A stretch of 64,000 nucleotides of DNA from an uncultured Staphylococcaceae bacterium (GCA_964608215.1 CAZSMV010000002.1:1913-65912), one strand, 5' to 3'; positions 48,294 to 57,205 are shown, counted from the first letter of the stretch. Numbers and translations: made by a program. Notes: generated by a model not told the origin, from the sequence alone.

Positions 48294-49552
48294 AAAAGAA
48301 TAAAAAAGTGAATATTAATTCAAATGAAATAGAAAAGATTTGTCCTGCAGGTTTTGGAAAATCAATTTTTGCAGCAATAATCGACGCAGCACTTGTTATT
48401 TTATGTATATATGTAACTTATTTTTGCGCATCGCCTTACTTTATTGAAAAATATGATGTTTTAACATTGCAAACTGAAGTAAGAAAATTTTATGAAAATT
48501 GTCATCTTGTTTATTTTGATGATAAAGATAGAGTAACAAGTTATAAGGAACTAAAAGAAGTTGATGATGATGGAAACCCAACTTATTCTTTTATGGCAGA
48601 AAAAGTTTGGTATTATTATGTTGATTTTTTAGCTGTTGATTCTAGGTGTGACTTTTCAAAAATTAGTGAGAGTAAAAGTGTTATAGTAGCAAAAGAATAT
48701 GTTTATAAAAATGTTTATGGAATTAGTAATGATGGTAGTGGAAATAAATATTTTACTGCGCCACTAGCAAGCGATGGCTCATATGACTTCTCTAGTGCCC
48801 CTATATTAAAAGAAGAATATGCTACCAAAGTTGAAGAAAAAGATAATCCTACTTTTGTGGAATTATTTGAAGTTTTTAATAAAGATGGAGAAAGTGGTTA
48901 TTATATTGATGCTCTAAATAATTTAGAAAATGATCAAGAATATTTACAAACAAGAAGAGCTATTGTATTAAAAGCTGAATCATATGCAATGCTTCCAGGT
49001 TGTTTTGTTTATCCAACAATATTTTTCTTTATTATTCCATTAATTAATAAGAAGGGAAGAACAATTGGGAAAATGGTTTTTAGATTAGAACTTGTTTCTT
49101 CTTATGATAATAAACCAACTCGTTTATGGCAAAGATTTATCCATTATGGAATTTTGCTTGCCTATTTACTTCTTATTTTATGTTCTGGAATATGGTTTGC
49201 TATTGTTATAAGTATACTAGGATTAATTATTGATAATATGGTTAGAATTTTAAACAAGAAATTTCAATCATTCCATGATATTGTTGCGCATACAATTGTT
49301 ATTGATACTAAAAAGACTGAATATAAAGTATTGGTTGATGATGAAGTAATCATTGAAGAAGAAAATAAAAATCAATCATGGGAAGATGCTTACATTCGTA
49401 AAGCTAGCGATGTTAAAAAAGAAGCAGAGGAAGATGAAAGACTTTATAAAATTCTTGATATGTCAACTTTGGAAGAATCAGACAAAGTTAAAGAAGAATG
49501 GCGAAAAGAAGATAGTAAAGATAACGCTTTAGATGATAATAAAGAAAAATAA
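48290..49552 (+). CDS. RDD-domain membrane protein with a large extracytoplasmic insert and an acidic C-terminal tail
   Basis: The TM helices flank GRTIGKMVFRLELV (RDD family style). Its start overlaps the LacI stop (ATGA). Confidence 0.6.
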   Translation: MKKNKKVNINSNEIEKICPAGFGKSIFAAIIDAALVILCIYVTYFCASPYFIEKYDVLTLQTEVRKFYENCHLVYFDDKDRVTSYKELKEVDDDGNPTYSFMAEKVWYYYVDFLAVDSRCDFSKISESKSVIVAKEYVYKNVYGISNDGSGNKYFTAPLASDGSYDFSSAPILKEEYATKVEEKDNPTFVELFEVFNKDGESGYYIDALNNLENDQEYLQTRRAIVLKAESYAMLPGCFVYPTIFFFIIPLINKKGRTIGKMVFRLELVSSYDNKPTRLWQRFIHYGILLAYLLLILCSGIWFAIVISILGLIIDNMVRILNKKFQSFHDIVAHTIVIDTKKTEYKVLVDDEVIIEEENKNQSWEDAYIRKASDVKKEAEEDERLYKILDMSTLEESDKVKEEWRKEDSKDNALDDNKEK

Positions 49553-49642
49553 AAATACAAAAGGCGCAAAATTTTAGCGCTTTTTGTATAGGACATTTTG
49601 TGTCCTCACTCATTTATATTGCGTTAGAGTAACATAATGTTG

Positions 49643-49668
49643 TTCCTAGAAAATAATTCTTCTAGGAA
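49643..49668. repeat. Recombinase-core-like palindrome
   Basis: TTCCTAGAA-AATAATTC-TTCTAGGAA has perfect 9-bp arms and an 8-bp AT spacer. Confidence 0.8.
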
Positions 49669-49673
49669 ACAGA
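49652..49673. repeat. Left copy of a 22-nt inverted repeat
   Basis: The reverse complement of AATAATTCTTCTAGGAAACAGA matches 50215-50236 at 21 of 22 positions. Confidence 0.8.
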
Positions 49674-50118
49674 TAATAGAACATGGTGTAGTCATCTTTG
49701 TTAGATGGCCATGGCATTAAGCAAGAAAGGGTATTTTACGGGATACTATAAGATATCCGAGACTCATTGATGAGTATTCGAAATTAAATTTTTTCGCTTT
49801 GGTTAATGGCGCACTTTGTTTTTCGATGTAAATAGTCACTAAGACTAGGCACCAAAAGAGGCAACATAGTGATATGACCCGCGTAAAGAAGGTAAATTGA
49901 GGACTTATCTTCTTCGCTCTCAAAAAAAGGTGTAATATGGCGACTTGATGATAGGCAACTATCTATAACTAGTTTAGTGAGCATGAGTAGCAGAATGTCG
50001 CGTATTTTGCGTAATTTTTACGCAGAGTTCTTAGAGGTTAAGAAGTTTAAAGTTGCTGAAGCTCTGTGAAAATTGAAAGAGATTGGTTCTTTCTATGGTT
50101 CGATTAATCAAATCCATT

Positions 50119-50505
50119 TTAGAAGTTATAAAGTAGCTCTTTATAATTCAGCCTAAAGTGCATATGTATGAATAACAAATTAAAGTAAAAAGTGTATGAA
50201 GAAATTCGATGTTGTCTGTTTCCTAGAGGAATTATTGATAAAAAATCAGCGATAGCTTGTACTATCGCTGATTTTGTTTTTAAAAAACATCCGTTAAGGA
50301 TGTCAATTGCTTTAACTTTGAAAATTAAAGCAAAAGTATTGATTACATCAATACTTGCTGTGCCATAGTTTTCGATTCTTCTTAAGTTTCTAATGCTATA
50401 ACCACAACGATTTGCCAACTCTTCTTGTGTTAGGTTATTGGCTTTCCTAAGCGCTTTAATGGATTTACCTATTAAAGCAATTTCAATTTGCTTTGTGTCA
50501 TTCAT
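50119..50505 (-). CDS. XRE-family helix-turn-helix transcriptional regulator with an anomalous 3' extension
   Basis: The HTH is LRKANNLTQEELANRCGYSIRNLRRIENYG, and the RBS AAGGAGG precedes the ATG. After about 72 aa the ORF runs through a terminator hairpin and the inverted repeat. Confidence 0.75.
   Translation of the reverse strand: MNDTKQIEIALIGKSIKALRKANNLTQEELANRCGYSIRNLRRIENYGTASIDVINTFALIFKVKAIDILNGCFLKTKSAIVQAIADFLSIIPLGNRQHRISSYTFYFNLLFIHMHFRLNYKELLYNF
50215..50236. repeat. Right copy of the 22-nt inverted repeat, inside the XRE ORF
   Basis: TCTGTTTCCTAGAGGAATTATT. Confidence 0.8.
50242..50281. terminator. Perfect 14-bp bidirectional terminator hairpin embedded in the XRE ORF
   Basis: AAAATCAGCGATAG-CTTGTA-CTATCGCTGATTTT has T-rich tracts after it on both strands. 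Confidence 0.7.
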
Positions 50506-50741
50506 AACACACCTCCTTTAAGGTCAATTAGTAGATTAAGTTAAATTAATATTGACCACCTATTAAATGAGGTTCACAAATTGTGTCATTATTATAACAA
50601 TTAAGTTTAATTTGTAAATTTAGAAAGTTTAAAATGATCAATCTTTATCTTTCTTAATTATTATGAACAATATTCAAAATGTTGCATAATATCGATTATT
50701 TTTACTATCAAACATAGTATATAAAAATATATAATTTTATT

Positions 50742-51425
50742 ATGGTAGCTGAAACAATTATAAAAAATCCCTTTTTAATAACACTATTTTGTTTACTTAT
50801 AATTAGTGTGGTGGTTGAACTTTTTTTGGCTTTTTTAGAAAAAGAAAAATTAAGAAAATGTTTTAAAGTATTTCCTTTATTATTCTTAACAATTATTGGA
50901 ATTACAATAGCACCATCGTATCCGTTGCTTTACATTGCTTCATTTTTAGGATTTTTAGGTGATTTATTTATAATATTTGAAAAAAAGAAAATATTTTTCT
51001 ATTTAGGTGGATTATCATTTTTTATTGGTCATATTTTATATTTAATCTTAATGTTAAAAATAAATAATATTGTTTATGCATGGTATCACTATGTTGTTAT
51101 TGTTGTTTCATTTATTTTAGTGATTTTTATTATATATAATGCTATGAAAGAAAAATTTAGTTTGGTCGATGTTACTTGTGGGGCTTTTTATTTTGGAATT
51201 TTAATTTTGCTTTTATTAAATGCATTATTTATTTCTTTGTTCTTAAAATCATATTATTTATTGTTAGTTGCTTTGGGTTATGCTTTATTTATTGTTAGTG
51301 ATACGATGCTTATAATCAAAGATTTTATAAGAGAATTTAAACGTGATGATTTTTATGTGATGGGAACATATTTATTAGCAGAAATTTCAATTGTTTTAGG
51401 TTTTTTATTTTTGATTGTCAATTAG
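50742..51425 (+). CDS. YhhN/lysoplasmalogenase-like family membrane protein
   Basis: It has 7-8 helices and the motifs FLGFLGDLFII and GYALFIVSDTMLI, as I recall for the family. Confidence 0.55.
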   Translation: MVAETIIKNPFLITLFCLLIISVVVELFLAFLEKEKLRKCFKVFPLLFLTIIGITIAPSYPLLYIASFLGFLGDLFIIFEKKKIFFYLGGLSFFIGHILYLILMLKINNIVYAWYHYVVIVVSFILVIFIIYNAMKEKFSLVDVTCGAFYFGILILLLLNALFISLFLKSYYLLLVALGYALFIVSDTMLIIKDFIREFKRDDFYVMGTYLLAEISIVLGFLFLIVN

Positions 51426-51473
51426 TTTCATATATGAATTTCTTGTGATAGCATCCGTATAAAAAAAGAAGGA

Positions 51474-52079
51474 TTATTCTTTTTCTCCTTCTTTAATTTC
51501 TACTTTTGTTAAATTAATTTTATAAATTTCTGTATCAGGATATTTTTTAATTACCTCTCTATATTTAGACTTTGTGATTTTCTTTTTTAAACCTTTAAAA
51601 CCTTGATCTTTATAAGTTTCAAAACACCATAATAGAAATTCTTTAGTTGCAGCAGTCATGTAATAAATATCCATTCGATCTTTTACATAATTATAACCGC
51701 TTGCTCTATTAAACTCTTTTGGATGATATATTTTTGATGCGCTTAAAACATCAGCTACATATTCCATTGCATATTTATAAGGCATTGTTTTTATAACTAA
51801 ATTACCTCTGAAAAAGTCGCAATAATATTCCCAATGATGTTTATTTCTTCCAGTATGATGTTTGCAAATTGTTGAATAATAACCGTGATCCAAACGTTCA
51901 GCATATACAGGCGATATATCACCTGTATAATATTTTGCCGAAGTTTTAAATTCAGTTTTTGAAAACTTAGATAAGTCATGAAATAGGCAATGAAAGCCAA
52001 TTCCCAGATGACAACCATTGGTAAATACTAGAAATCTATGTTTTGTTACTAATTTAAGATGTTTAAATGGGTGTGCCAT
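51474..52079 (-). CDS. Histidine-rich hypothetical protein (DUF5662-like)
   Basis: MAHPFKHLKLVTKHR...HDLSKFS...HHTGRNKHHWEY. The assignment is from memory of the family only. Confidence 0.45.
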   Translation of the reverse strand: MAHPFKHLKLVTKHRFLVFTNGCHLGIGFHCLFHDLSKFSKTEFKTSAKYYTGDISPVYAERLDHGYYSTICKHHTGRNKHHWEYYCDFFRGNLVIKTMPYKYAMEYVADVLSASKIYHPKEFNRASGYNYVKDRMDIYYMTAATKEFLLWCFETYKDQGFKGLKKKITKSKYREVIKKYPDTEIYKINLTKVEIKEGEKE

Positions 52080-52136
52080 AACTTTGATATTATACGCTTA
52101 TCAATTTTCAAAAAATAGGGCAAAAAGAATTTTGTG

Positions 52137-52177
52137 AAGCATTTAATTTTTTAAGTTGCTTAAAAAATTAAATGCTT
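52137..52177. repeat. Perfect 17-bp inverted repeat in a divergent intergenic region
   Basis: AAGCATTTAATTTTTTA-AGTTGCT-TAAAAAATTAAATGCTT. Confidence 0.8.
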
Positions 52178-52294
52178 TATTGTAAAACCACAAATGAAAA
52201 AATAGCCTATTAATCAAATAAATTAGTTTATAACGACACTTTTCATATTTTTGACTAGCAAAAAATTTTATTACCTTTTCAGTTTTTGATGTAT

Positions 52295-52345
52295 TATAAT
52301 AATCAAATAGTAATCACTGTTCCCCTAACATTGATTACTATTTTT
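52295..52345 (+). promoter_or_regulatory. -10 box followed at once by a 5' hairpin and a U-run, upstream of the BI-1 gene
   Basis: TATAAT (52295-52300), then a 10-bp stem ATAGTAATCA/TGATTACTAT (52307-52341) with loop CUGUUCCCCUAACAU, then TTTTATTT. Confidence 0.45.
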
Positions 52346-52391
52346 ATTTAATAAAATAATGTATATTATTAAATATGTAGAGGTAGCAATT

Positions 52392-53153
52392 ATGAAACAA
52401 GAATCACAAGTTTTTAATAATGGAAATTCAAAAGATGCGTATTTAGAGTCTGGCGCATTTATTGCAAAAGTATTCTTATATATGTTTTTAGGGTTGTTAG
52501 TTAGTGCACTAGTTTGTGTTGGCTTAAGTGTTCTTTTTAAAAATCTAATGGGCACTAGCGAGAATTTTATTAGTATTTATTTAACAATTATGATTGCTTC
52601 TGGATTAGGCTTGCTTATTACATCATTTGTTATTTCGATTAAACGAATGAAGATGAAAAATATTTTAATTCCTTATATTTTATATGTTGTTTTTATGGGG
52701 GCTTTGCTTTCTTCTTTTGTTTATTATATTGAAAATCCTTATATTATTGGAATTTCATTAGCTATTACTTCGCTAATTTTCTTAACAACATGCTTAAGCG
52801 CAGTAATTTTTAAAGGCAGGATAGGACCTTTATTTGGAATACTTTTTGGTGGGCTAATAACTATAGGAATTTTATTTATTGTAAATTTACTTTTATTACC
52901 ATGGGCTTTTAATGTTCAAAGCGCCTTTGATGCATCAATGACAATTTATTGGGTTATAGAAGGAATTTTTGTAGTCATGATTATTATTTCAACTTTCATT
53001 GATATGTATAATATAAAGAAAATTGCTTCTAGTGCTGGAGATGATTCAAATCTTGCACTTTATTACTCCATGAATTTATATTGTGATTTTATCATGATAT
53101 TTATTAGAGTTTTATATTTTGTCGTTCTTATTTTAGGCGGGAAAGATAAATAA
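52392..53153 (+). CDS. Bax inhibitor-1/YccA family membrane protein
   Basis: It has 7 helices. The N-terminus SGAFIAKVFLYMFLGLLVSAL is typical of the family. ATG at 52392 follows AGAGG. Confidence 0.75.
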   Translation: MKQESQVFNNGNSKDAYLESGAFIAKVFLYMFLGLLVSALVCVGLSVLFKNLMGTSENFISIYLTIMIASGLGLLITSFVISIKRMKMKNILIPYILYVVFMGALLSSFVYYIENPYIIGISLAITSLIFLTTCLSAVIFKGRIGPLFGILFGGLITIGILFIVNLLLLPWAFNVQSAFDASMTIYWVIEGIFVVMIIISTFIDMYNIKKIASSAGDDSNLALYYSMNLYCDFIMIFIRVLYFVVLILGGKDK

Positions 53154-53167
53154 AATTTTGAGTCGCT

Positions 53168-53210
53168 AAAAGCCATGTATGAATTTAAATAAAGTTCATA
53201 CATGGCTTTT
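53168..53210. terminator. Bidirectional terminator between convergent genes
   Basis: A 16-bp stem AAAAGCCATGTATGAA/TTCATACATGGCTTTT. Confidence 0.75.
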
Positions 53211-53258
53211 TATATTTTCTTAAAAACTTAAATGATTTTTTATTGATTAAATCATTAT

Positions 53259-54920
53259 TTATGCTTTATAGATTTTACTATTTTCATCACTTAAATCTTC
53301 AATATCATCATTAAGAAAATTAAAGTTTATAAAGTTTTTATTTAGTTTAATCAAATGTTTATAAAGCTTTGTATTTTTTGCAATATTGTCATAAATATTT
53401 TCTACAAATTTTATACCTATTTTCTTTTTTTCTTTTTGAAATGAATCTAGAACAAGCTCCAAAGATTCTTTAAAATAGAATAATAAGATTGGCAATGGCA
53501 AATCTATATTATTTACATAATCTTTATCATTTTTCTGCTTTCTAAAAAGTATTTTTTCGTATTTCTCTTGCATTTGATGTGTTTTTGTAAGGAAATTATC
53601 AGAATTTAATTTTTTATATTTTTTAAAAATTCTTGAAAATTCGGCATTGAATCGTAACAAATCTATAATATCGTCTATATTTTCGTTTATGTCAGTATAA
53701 ACAATAGAATTGTAGGATCCTTTATTTAGGTTTTCTACAATTTGAGCATTAATCAAATTGATATTCTTTGAGGTGCTATTATAAATGAGATTTTCATTTG
53801 CTTTTGAAAAACTATATTTAGAAGTTAAAAGTGGGCAAGTTATATAATTTTCTACATATTTTAATGTTTCATACGAATAGTTCATTGGAAAATCATTTTT
53901 ACTATTATATTTAATTTTGTATAAAGAGTTTTCGTTTACAATGTCGTAGTTAGATTTTAATGGCAAACTAGATAAAGTTTGTGCGCTTAAAAAAATATGA
54001 ACTGGTTGATTTATGCCATGCACGAGATTACGATATATGATTGTTTCGTTTTCTGAATTTGATACCTTTAATTTGTAAAAAAGTCCGACATGATTATTTA
54101 AAAGATTTTTTACAAAAACAAAATCTTTATATGTTCCTAAACTTGTTATCAAATTTTTTAGATTTTTATCTAAAAAAGATATTTTTATTACATTTGAACA
54201 ATTTATGTTTTCAATTCTATCAAATGAGATATTTTTATATGCGTTAGATAATGTAATTCCAAGTTTTTTGTATTTAGAAATACATTCTGTTATTAGTTTG
54301 GTCACATAATCTTTACATAGATAGATTTTAGAATCCTTGTCATTTTCTTTGCAAAAATTAAAATGTATACCAAATTTTTCCGATATATCGTTTAAAAAAT
54401 TTCTTAAAAATATTTTATTTTTGACGCAAAGACTATCACTTGAATCGAGCTCTAATAATTTAATCATCCTTGCACTTTTGAGATTTATTTCTTTATATAT
54501 GTCATTTTTATTAATTTCTATCTTATGTTTTTTTATGAATTTAAATAATGGGTTAAAAAGAGTTAGTCTTTTTTCTCTTATTTCAATTAATTCTACAAAT
54601 TCGCTTATATATTCATTTAATGATTCCGCAAATTCATCTTCTTCATCAAAATCAAAATAATTAAATGTGCAAATTTCTATTTCATCACTTAATGCAACTA
54701 AATAATCATCACATCCTTTATCGTATGGAAATTCATCAATTTTATCAACGATACAATTATAAGATTCACGAAGTCTTGAAAAATATGCATATACTAATTC
54801 ATGCAAGTCACTAATATTTATTATAGTTAAAAGTTTTTCTTCGAATTCATTTAGCAACTTATGAACCTCAATTAGATTATTTTTAAAATCTTCTTTATTT
54901 ATAATTTCAATTTTTCTCAT
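53259..54920 (-). CDS. Large hypothetical soluble protein (553 aa), no recognisable domain
   Basis: It is a long uninterrupted ORF in a stop-rich AT genome and is monocistronic between a terminator and a divergent promoter region. It has no TM segments and no catalytic motif that I can identify. Confidence 0.7.
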   Translation of the reverse strand: MRKIEIINKEDFKNNLIEVHKLLNEFEEKLLTIINISDLHELVYAYFSRLRESYNCIVDKIDEFPYDKGCDDYLVALSDEIEICTFNYFDFDEEDEFAESLNEYISEFVELIEIREKRLTLFNPLFKFIKKHKIEINKNDIYKEINLKSARMIKLLELDSSDSLCVKNKIFLRNFLNDISEKFGIHFNFCKENDKDSKIYLCKDYVTKLITECISKYKKLGITLSNAYKNISFDRIENINCSNVIKISFLDKNLKNLITSLGTYKDFVFVKNLLNNHVGLFYKLKVSNSENETIIYRNLVHGINQPVHIFLSAQTLSSLPLKSNYDIVNENSLYKIKYNSKNDFPMNYSYETLKYVENYITCPLLTSKYSFSKANENLIYNSTSKNINLINAQIVENLNKGSYNSIVYTDINENIDDIIDLLRFNAEFSRIFKKYKKLNSDNFLTKTHQMQEKYEKILFRKQKNDKDYVNNIDLPLPILLFYFKESLELVLDSFQKEKKKIGIKFVENIYDNIAKNTKLYKHLIKLNKNFINFNFLNDDIEDLSDENSKIYKA

Positions 54921-55220
54921 TTTTTCTTTTTTAGGTCTTTATTCTATCTAATTTTAGTTTTATTTAATAGTAGAAAAAGTTTGTAACATGAATTGATAAT
55001 CTTAAATTCGTAAATTTTATTAATGATACTTTTTGAATTTTTATAAAAAAATTACTAAAAAGTGAAATTTTTTTGAAATTCTCGACATATATATAAGTAG
55101 AAGGACCAATTATTTTTTCATAGATCCCTTCAAAATTGTTTTCCTCTAATCTCCTATTCATTGGTCCTTCTTAAAAATAAATAAATTGTGAAAGGAGTTC
55201 TTAAAATGTAAAATTATTAT

Positions 55221-56192
55221 ATGAAAAATAAAAGAAGATTTAACATTTGTTTGTTGATGCCTTTTTTATTAACTGGTTGCAATAATGGTCAAGCTCGAAA
55301 GGAGTATGAAATAGAAAAATACAAATTGGCTATGAATTATAAGAGCGATTTCAAAATAATGCAACTAACCGATCTTCATTTCAGTTTACAAACTGATTTT
55401 GCAAGAACAACAAAATATATAAAGAATAATATCTTAACTTGTTCTCCTGATTTAATGGTGCTTACTGGCGATACATTTATGGACGCAAATGAATCTATTG
55501 TTAAAAATGTTTTAGATTTTATTGACTCGTTTGATATACCATTTGCTCTTACTTATGGAAATCATGATTTCCAAGGAGATTACGATTATTATTTTGTTTC
55601 TAGATATGTAGAAACTAAAAAGAATGCAATGTTTGTTGATTATGAAGATGACAATATCTATGGCCAAACAAATTATTTTATCGATTTAATGGATGAAGGA
55701 ATAGTTAAATATCGTTTATATATTATAGATAGCAATTCATATCATTTTAATGGTCTTAAATATAATTACGATATTATTCATGAAGATCAAATCAAGCATC
55801 TAGAAGACATTTATAAAACAGATGGTGATGCTTTTGGTTTAGCTTTTTATCATATACCACTATATGAAGCAAGTGATGCTTTGGCACTTTATAAAAAAGG
55901 AGAAATTGTTGGACAAGGCGAGCAAAATGAAAAGGTTTCTTATGGATACAAAAGAACAGATGCTTTTAATCGTATGAAAAATATAGGTATTAAAGCTCAT
56001 TTCTATGGTCATGATCACGTTAATAATGCTGATGTTCTTTATGAGGGGGTTACTCTTTCATATGGCACAAAATCAACTAGTGAAATTTATAATAATGATG
56101 ATTTAGTTGGCTATAAAGAAATTATTTTAAAAGATGACATGTCTTGGTCGATTGAAAATAATTTATTTAATAAGGTGGTAAAGTATGAATAA
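55221..56192 (+). CDS. Calcineurin-like metallophosphoesterase lipoprotein
   Basis: The lipobox is LLTGC. Motifs are QLTDLHF, GDTFMD, GNHD, HIPL and GHDHVN. Confidence 0.8.
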   Translation: MKNKRRFNICLLMPFLLTGCNNGQARKEYEIEKYKLAMNYKSDFKIMQLTDLHFSLQTDFARTTKYIKNNILTCSPDLMVLTGDTFMDANESIVKNVLDFIDSFDIPFALTYGNHDFQGDYDYYFVSRYVETKKNAMFVDYEDDNIYGQTNYFIDLMDEGIVKYRLYIIDSNSYHFNGLKYNYDIIHEDQIKHLEDIYKTDGDAFGLAFYHIPLYEASDALALYKKGEIVGQGEQNEKVSYGYKRTDAFNRMKNIGIKAHFYGHDHVNNADVLYEGVTLSYGTKSTSEIYNNDDLVGYKEIILKDDMSWSIENNLFNKVVKYE

Positions 56193-57141
56193 TAAAAGTG
56201 TTTCTCTTGATACAAAAAAATCTAAGGATGCTAGAAATAATATAGAAAATAATTCTAATTTAGAGTTTTCTTTAATCTTTTTTGTTTTATATATAACCTC
56301 TTTATTTTGTTTATATAATTGTTGGGTTAATGCTGTTGGCTTAATTAGCGATGAATTTGCATCAATAATAGAAATGATACCAATTATTTTGAGTTATTTT
56401 TTACCTTCTGTTTATTTAATAGTTTTATTTAGAAATCTCTATTTTAAAAAGTTTAGTAAAGGTGGTTTGATTTCTTTTCTGATTGTTACAACCATTCTAA
56501 TTATTGGTTCACTTGTTTTAATGATCATAAAATATAATTATCATTTCAATAATTTTATAAACCATTATAAAAATTATTTTTCACCACTGGATAATGTATT
56601 TCTTTTAGTTGGTCTCTTAATTGTTAATATTTTCTTATTTATTAGAAGCATTACCAATAAAATTAAGTTTGATTATCGAGATCCAATTTGTCCAGGTATA
56701 TTCAATACTTATTCTTGGAGTAGAATGTTTGCCATTGGTTTTTATTTAATTTTTAGTGGATTTTCATTTATTAATGGATTTAAAGGCGCTTTAATATTTA
56801 ATAATTTTGTAAATTATCCACTTGGTTATAGTTTATTAATATTAACTTCTATTTTGCCAATGGTTTGCTTTATGTTTTATTTATTTTTTAATCCTAAGAA
56901 AAAATTAAGTCTAATTCTTTACTTAATATCTTTAGTTTTATTTATTTTTAGTTTAACTGGTTTGCTAATAATGCAATATTTATCTGATGGATTACTTACA
57001 TCTCAATTTGATCAAAATTTATTTAGAATTACTTATGCTGGCAGTGTTCCTGCTCAATATATGTTATTTGGTCTAATATTAATTTTTAATATTGTTAGTT
57101 TTATTGTTAGCACAATACATTATAAAAATGAAAACAATTAG
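56185..57141 (+). CDS. Hypothetical polytopic membrane protein, translationally coupled to the phosphoesterase
   Basis: It has 8 or more hydrophobic helices. Its start overlaps the upstream stop (ATGAATAA). Confidence 0.65.
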   Translation: MNNKSVSLDTKKSKDARNNIENNSNLEFSLIFFVLYITSLFCLYNCWVNAVGLISDEFASIIEMIPIILSYFLPSVYLIVLFRNLYFKKFSKGGLISFLIVTTILIIGSLVLMIIKYNYHFNNFINHYKNYFSPLDNVFLLVGLLIVNIFLFIRSITNKIKFDYRDPICPGIFNTYSWSRMFAIGFYLIFSGFSFINGFKGALIFNNFVNYPLGYSLLILTSILPMVCFMFYLFFNPKKKLSLILYLISLVLFIFSLTGLLIMQYLSDGLLTSQFDQNLFRITYAGSVPAQYMLFGLILIFNIVSFIVSTIHYKNENN

Positions 57142-57205
57142 TATTTTTGTGTTTAAAAATATATTAATTTAGAATATTATATTTATATTAGCAGGAGGAG
57201 AAAAA

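Noticed and set aside
49643-49668. Interpreting the TTCCTAGAA palindrome as the chromosomal dif site or replication terminus.
   Set aside because: The second arm is a mirror of the first rather than a XerD-type arm (TTATGTNAAAT-like). Gene orientation stays predominantly plus-strand on both sides of the site, so there is no sign of a terminus.
49717-49984. Two small minus-strand ORFs (68 and 66 aa). One has a hydrophobic stretch (VISLCCLFWCLVLVTIYI) that could suggest a type I toxin.
   Set aside because: The 68-aa ORF starts at TTG, and neither ORF has a Shine-Dalgarno. They overlap each other in different frames and lie in a region better explained as non-coding structured sequence.
50090-50125. 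GGTTCGATT, resembling a tRNA T-loop, within the non-coding segment.
   Set aside because: The flanking bases cannot form a 5-bp T-stem or an acceptor stem. It is not a tRNA or tmRNA.
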